A stretch of 63,875 nucleotides of DNA, counting the filler, from Octopus bimaculoides (taxonomy: Eukaryota), in NCBI RefSeq assembly GCF_001194135.2. It is 8 parts of 8 records of this genome, joined end to end, with 100 filler letters (N's around TTAATTAATTAA, not from the genome) between each part and the next. Parts side by side here need not be neighbours in the genome. Positions count along the whole stretch, not along the records: positions 62,675 to 63,875 come from NC_068982.1; 7 more parts are not named here. The stretch is one strand, 5' to 3'. Positions 62,690 to 63,875 of the stretch are shown here, piece by piece. Position 1 is the stretch's first letter; each line of letters starts with the position of its first letter. Under the pieces are notes generated by a model. That model was not told the origin of the DNA, did no database searches, and was given only the letters and a program-made list of their open reading frames with translations. The translations under genes and the position numbers were made by a program.

Positions 62690-63560
62690 TATATGATTCA
62701 CTTCTTTCAAAAGGTTTTTCAATATCAACTTCCGCTATAGACGTAGCAATGGAGAATTTTTCGTTTTCATTTGCAAACCCTCTCACTTTCTCTTTGAATG
62801 TTTTCATTTCAAGTTTTAATTCACTATTTGCAAGCAACTTCGATAACTTACTGAAAGAAGTAACAACCTTGGGAGGAGCCTTTTCAGTAAAAAAAAAAAT
62901 AAATAAACATTTTAATATTTTCCGAGGAAAAGGAGTACGATTCAAGGGAGATTTGGCTGTTGTTTCTAACACATCCCAAACCACCCTCCATTTTCACACC
63001 CGCAATTATTTATTGAAAAACATCAATATATTACGATGAACTTGCATAGCAAGTGACTTGATCTGAGATCGTTTGCTGAAACAAAAACAATTGCAGCGTG
63101 GAAGATATTTGTAAGTTTTTTAATAACATACAAAAACCGTTAGTTTCACTTCACTTAAATTTCATTTGTATCAAAATATTTTCGTCACTTTGAAACCGCG
63201 ACATTCTCGCTAACAAAACTTCGTGAAGTTTTGTCAGTGATAAATATCTTCCACGCTGCAATTGTCATCAATGCATTCGACAGTGAGGAAGAAACGATAA
63301 TCGTAATTAATGCCGTTTAAAAGGTATTTGTATTAAATTTCATTAAAAGCTATCCATTTTCCTGAGAGTTATGAGGGAAGAAAATTCGGATCGTGTGAAT
63401 TTTCCAAGACTCTTCTCCTCACCCTCTGGAAAAATCTTCCCCATAAATCCCTATATACTCTGCATTCACAGCATTTAAGCGGTATTTGTTGAAAATTTCG
63501 TTAAAAAGTATACATTTTTCTGGAAGTTATGAGGCAACAAAGTCGGGTTGTGGTATACAT
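62690..63560. mobile_element. Unclassified non-autonomous repeat with internal inverted repeats
   Basis: 24-bp perfect IR (63087-63110 / 63242-63265) enclosing a 10-bp hairpin (63213-63234); no recognisable protein. Confidence 0.4.
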
Positions 63561-63584
63561 CTGTAGATATGTCGCTATATCTGT

Positions 63585-63621
63585 CTCTCTCTATCTATCT
63601 ATCTAACTATCTATCTATCTC

Positions 63622-63677
<56 letters not shown>

Positions 63678-63705
63678 ACTATCTATCTATCTATCTATCT
63701 ATCTC
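63585..63705. repeat. (CTAT)n microsatellite
   Basis: Directly visible. Confidence 0.97.
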
Positions 63706-63875
63706 TATGGACGGACGGTAGACGTGTCGGCTCCGTAAGTTTTGCCTTTTTCATGTTTTAAAAAGTTTGTTTGTAAAGTTTATTTTATATACAAAGTTGT
63801 ATAACAACTTGTAGACTCTCTGGTGCAAGTTTTTTGCGACGGAAATCTGCCCTGTGTGGCACATTTCCAGGATAT

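Noticed and set aside
62685-62984. 99-aa minus-strand ORF as a host exon
   Set aside because: No recognisable domain or splice signals; lies in a repeat-like segment with an equally long antisense ORF.

Overview
AT-rich, microsatellite-dense eukaryotic DNA with many N gaps. The repeat content and gap style suggest an octopus (cephalopod) draft assembly; this is inference from SINE families and repeat style, not a database match. I can support no intact host protein-coding gene, rRNA, true tRNA gene or CRISPR array. Nearly all long ORFs in the track are microsatellite or N-run artefacts. The window is a transposon graveyard. It holds several tRNA-derived SINE families in many copies and LINE fragments (a 1.15-kb CR1-type 3' half, RTE, two R4/Dong-like RLE pieces, a PHD-finger ORF1 remnant). 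It also holds Tc1/mariner, maT-like, Tigger/pogo and Helentron-type non-autonomous DNA elements, and at least five Penelope-like element (PLE) coding remnants. The most interesting signal is a set of type-I hammerhead-ribozyme (HHR) motifs, none of which appears in the ORF track. They lie at 6125-6169 (+), 33784 (+, decayed), 51421-51480 (+), 53674-53780 (a perfect 58-bp inverted repeat giving one HHR per strand) and 59113-59195 (divergent back-to-back pair). Four motifs at unrelated loci carry the same non-canonical core CCGANGA instead of CUGANGA (U4C), and the two well-preserved ones keep all three stems. A possible decayed LRR-protein pseudogene (3.0-4.1 kb) and an R4-like 3' end embedded in a (CATA)n tract are secondary leads.
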